From Lophium mytilinum (lineage: Eukaryota), in the NCBI GenBank assembly GCA_010093605.1, contig MU004198.1, positions 188,726 through 252,725 of the forward strand: a stretch of DNA of 64,000 nt, read 5' to 3'. Shown here one piece after another: positions 62,667 through 64,000 of the stretch (position 1 is its first letter; each line of letters starts with the position of its first letter). A program made the translations under genes and the position numbers. The notes beneath the pieces are model-generated. The model saw only the letters and a list, made by a program, of their open reading frames with translations. It ran no database searches and was not told the origin of the DNA.

Positions 62667-64000
62667 ATGGCACAACGGATATATCAGTCTATCTATCCAG
62701 ATAACCACGTGCCGACGAATCTCTCGGTCGCCCAATTTCTTCTACGATACAATCCAGAAGATGTCACCGACGACAAAGTCATTTTGCAAGACTTGGATTC
62801 GCAAGGAAAAGCTCTCACTTATGGTGACTTTCGTCATGGTGCTGCAGTCGGAGGGGCAGTACTAGTTGACGCTTTCAATCTATCCGCGGGGGATGCAGTA
62901 CTTGTCGTTGCGCCAAATAGCGTGAACTGGGCGCTACTTGCTCACTCTGTCATGTGGTTCGGGGGAACGATAGTGTAAGCAGTCCCCACACGGGAGTATT
63001 GTTGGTAATGGCCCCTCTAATGCGTTACTTTCAAGAGGTGTGAATCCCGTAGCAACCGCGCAAGATCTGAAGCATTATATCGCAATATCAACCCCAACAT
63101 TGATAGTATGTGATCCATCGCTTCGAGACAGAGTGGAGGAATCCTTGTCGCCACTCAATCTTTCTAATCTCAAGCCGAGAATCATAGAACTTGGAGGAGA
63201 GTCTGCAGATTCAGTGAGCGCCCCTTCTTTTTTAATTAGGAAGGGAACGAGTCCAAGAGCCAGCAATTGATGAGAGTCAATGCAGTTTCCACCCAAGCAA
63301 ATAGATACCCAAGATCGCAATCGAAAGGTCCTCCGCCCTTTTGACCTTTCTGAAAAAGACAATAGAAAGCATGCAGCCGCTATCGTGTTTAGTTCCGGTA
63401 CCACTGGGCTACCTAAAGCAGTGCAGCTTAGCCACCACAACCTAATTGGTCATATGCTTTGCACTAGAACTGCAAATCCGGAAATGTACAATAGCGCATC
63501 GCGCGAAGTGTTCTACACGTCCTGTAAGTCCCTGGAGTTGCCTGAGTGTATGCTTTGCTAATGCTGTTAGAAGTTGCTCACATATTCGGCATGATTAGTG
63601 GCATCATTGTGCCTCCATACGTCGGCAGCTACATCGCGATGATGAGGCAATTCAACTATGATGATTTTGTCCATGGAGTTGCAAGAACGAAGGCGACAAT
63701 GATGAGGATGGTGCCTTCGACGGCTATTGCCATTGCAAAAGACCCGGCACTCGACAAAATCGACTTGAGTAGTGCAGATACGATCCTATGTGCTGGGGCT
63801 ACGCTTCAAACCGAGGTTGTGGAGCGATTACAGCACCTACTCAAAGGGGTCGCTATTGTCCAAGGATACGGGTGAGATTTGTATGTACTCCAAAGTTTGC
63901 TCCCTTTCTTACACGCAAGGCTGTGACTAGAATGAGCGAGGGTTCCGTTGCCGGGCTGCGTGCGTCGTGGTCAGTCAAGAAGCGCGGGAGCGTTGGTAGA
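62667..64000 (+). CDS. 4-coumarate:CoA ligase-like acyl-CoA synthetase (3' end outside window)
   Basis: AMP-binding FSSGTTGLPKAV.LSH.N, HIFG, and spliced QGYGMSE. Four introns visible. Confidence 0.9.

Overview
A gene-dense 64-kb stretch of a filamentous ascomycete genome (Pezizomycotina, probably Dothideomycetes, an inference from intron style, protein sequences and RIP). It holds about 20 mostly intron-containing genes: INO1 (5'-truncated), a MEIOB-like OB-fold protein, transketolase, a CFEM membrane protein, PRM10/ThrE-family protein, group I G-alpha, a HAD phosphatase, PSD2, DSN1/Mis13, QCR8, PHB1, an ADGF-type adenosine deaminase, RRP46, PEX4, two F-box-like paralogs, a thioesterase, a 4CL-like CoA ligase (3'-truncated) and two hypothetical membrane proteins. 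Two AT-rich, RIP-degraded islands can still be read. One is a complete two-ORF PIF/Harbinger-superfamily element (12-bp TIRs, ACT TSD). The other is a pogo/Fot1 element (perfect 40-bp TIRs, TA TSD) interrupted by a nested 823-bp long-TIR element. Less expected signals: a canonical intron in the RRP46 3' UTR, long ATG-free spliced leaders on PRM10 and G-alpha, a higher-order repeat between DSN1 and QCR8, and recurrent C-rich to G-rich skew flips. No tRNA, rRNA or CRISPR array was seen. All identifications come from reading the sequence by eye; no database search was run.
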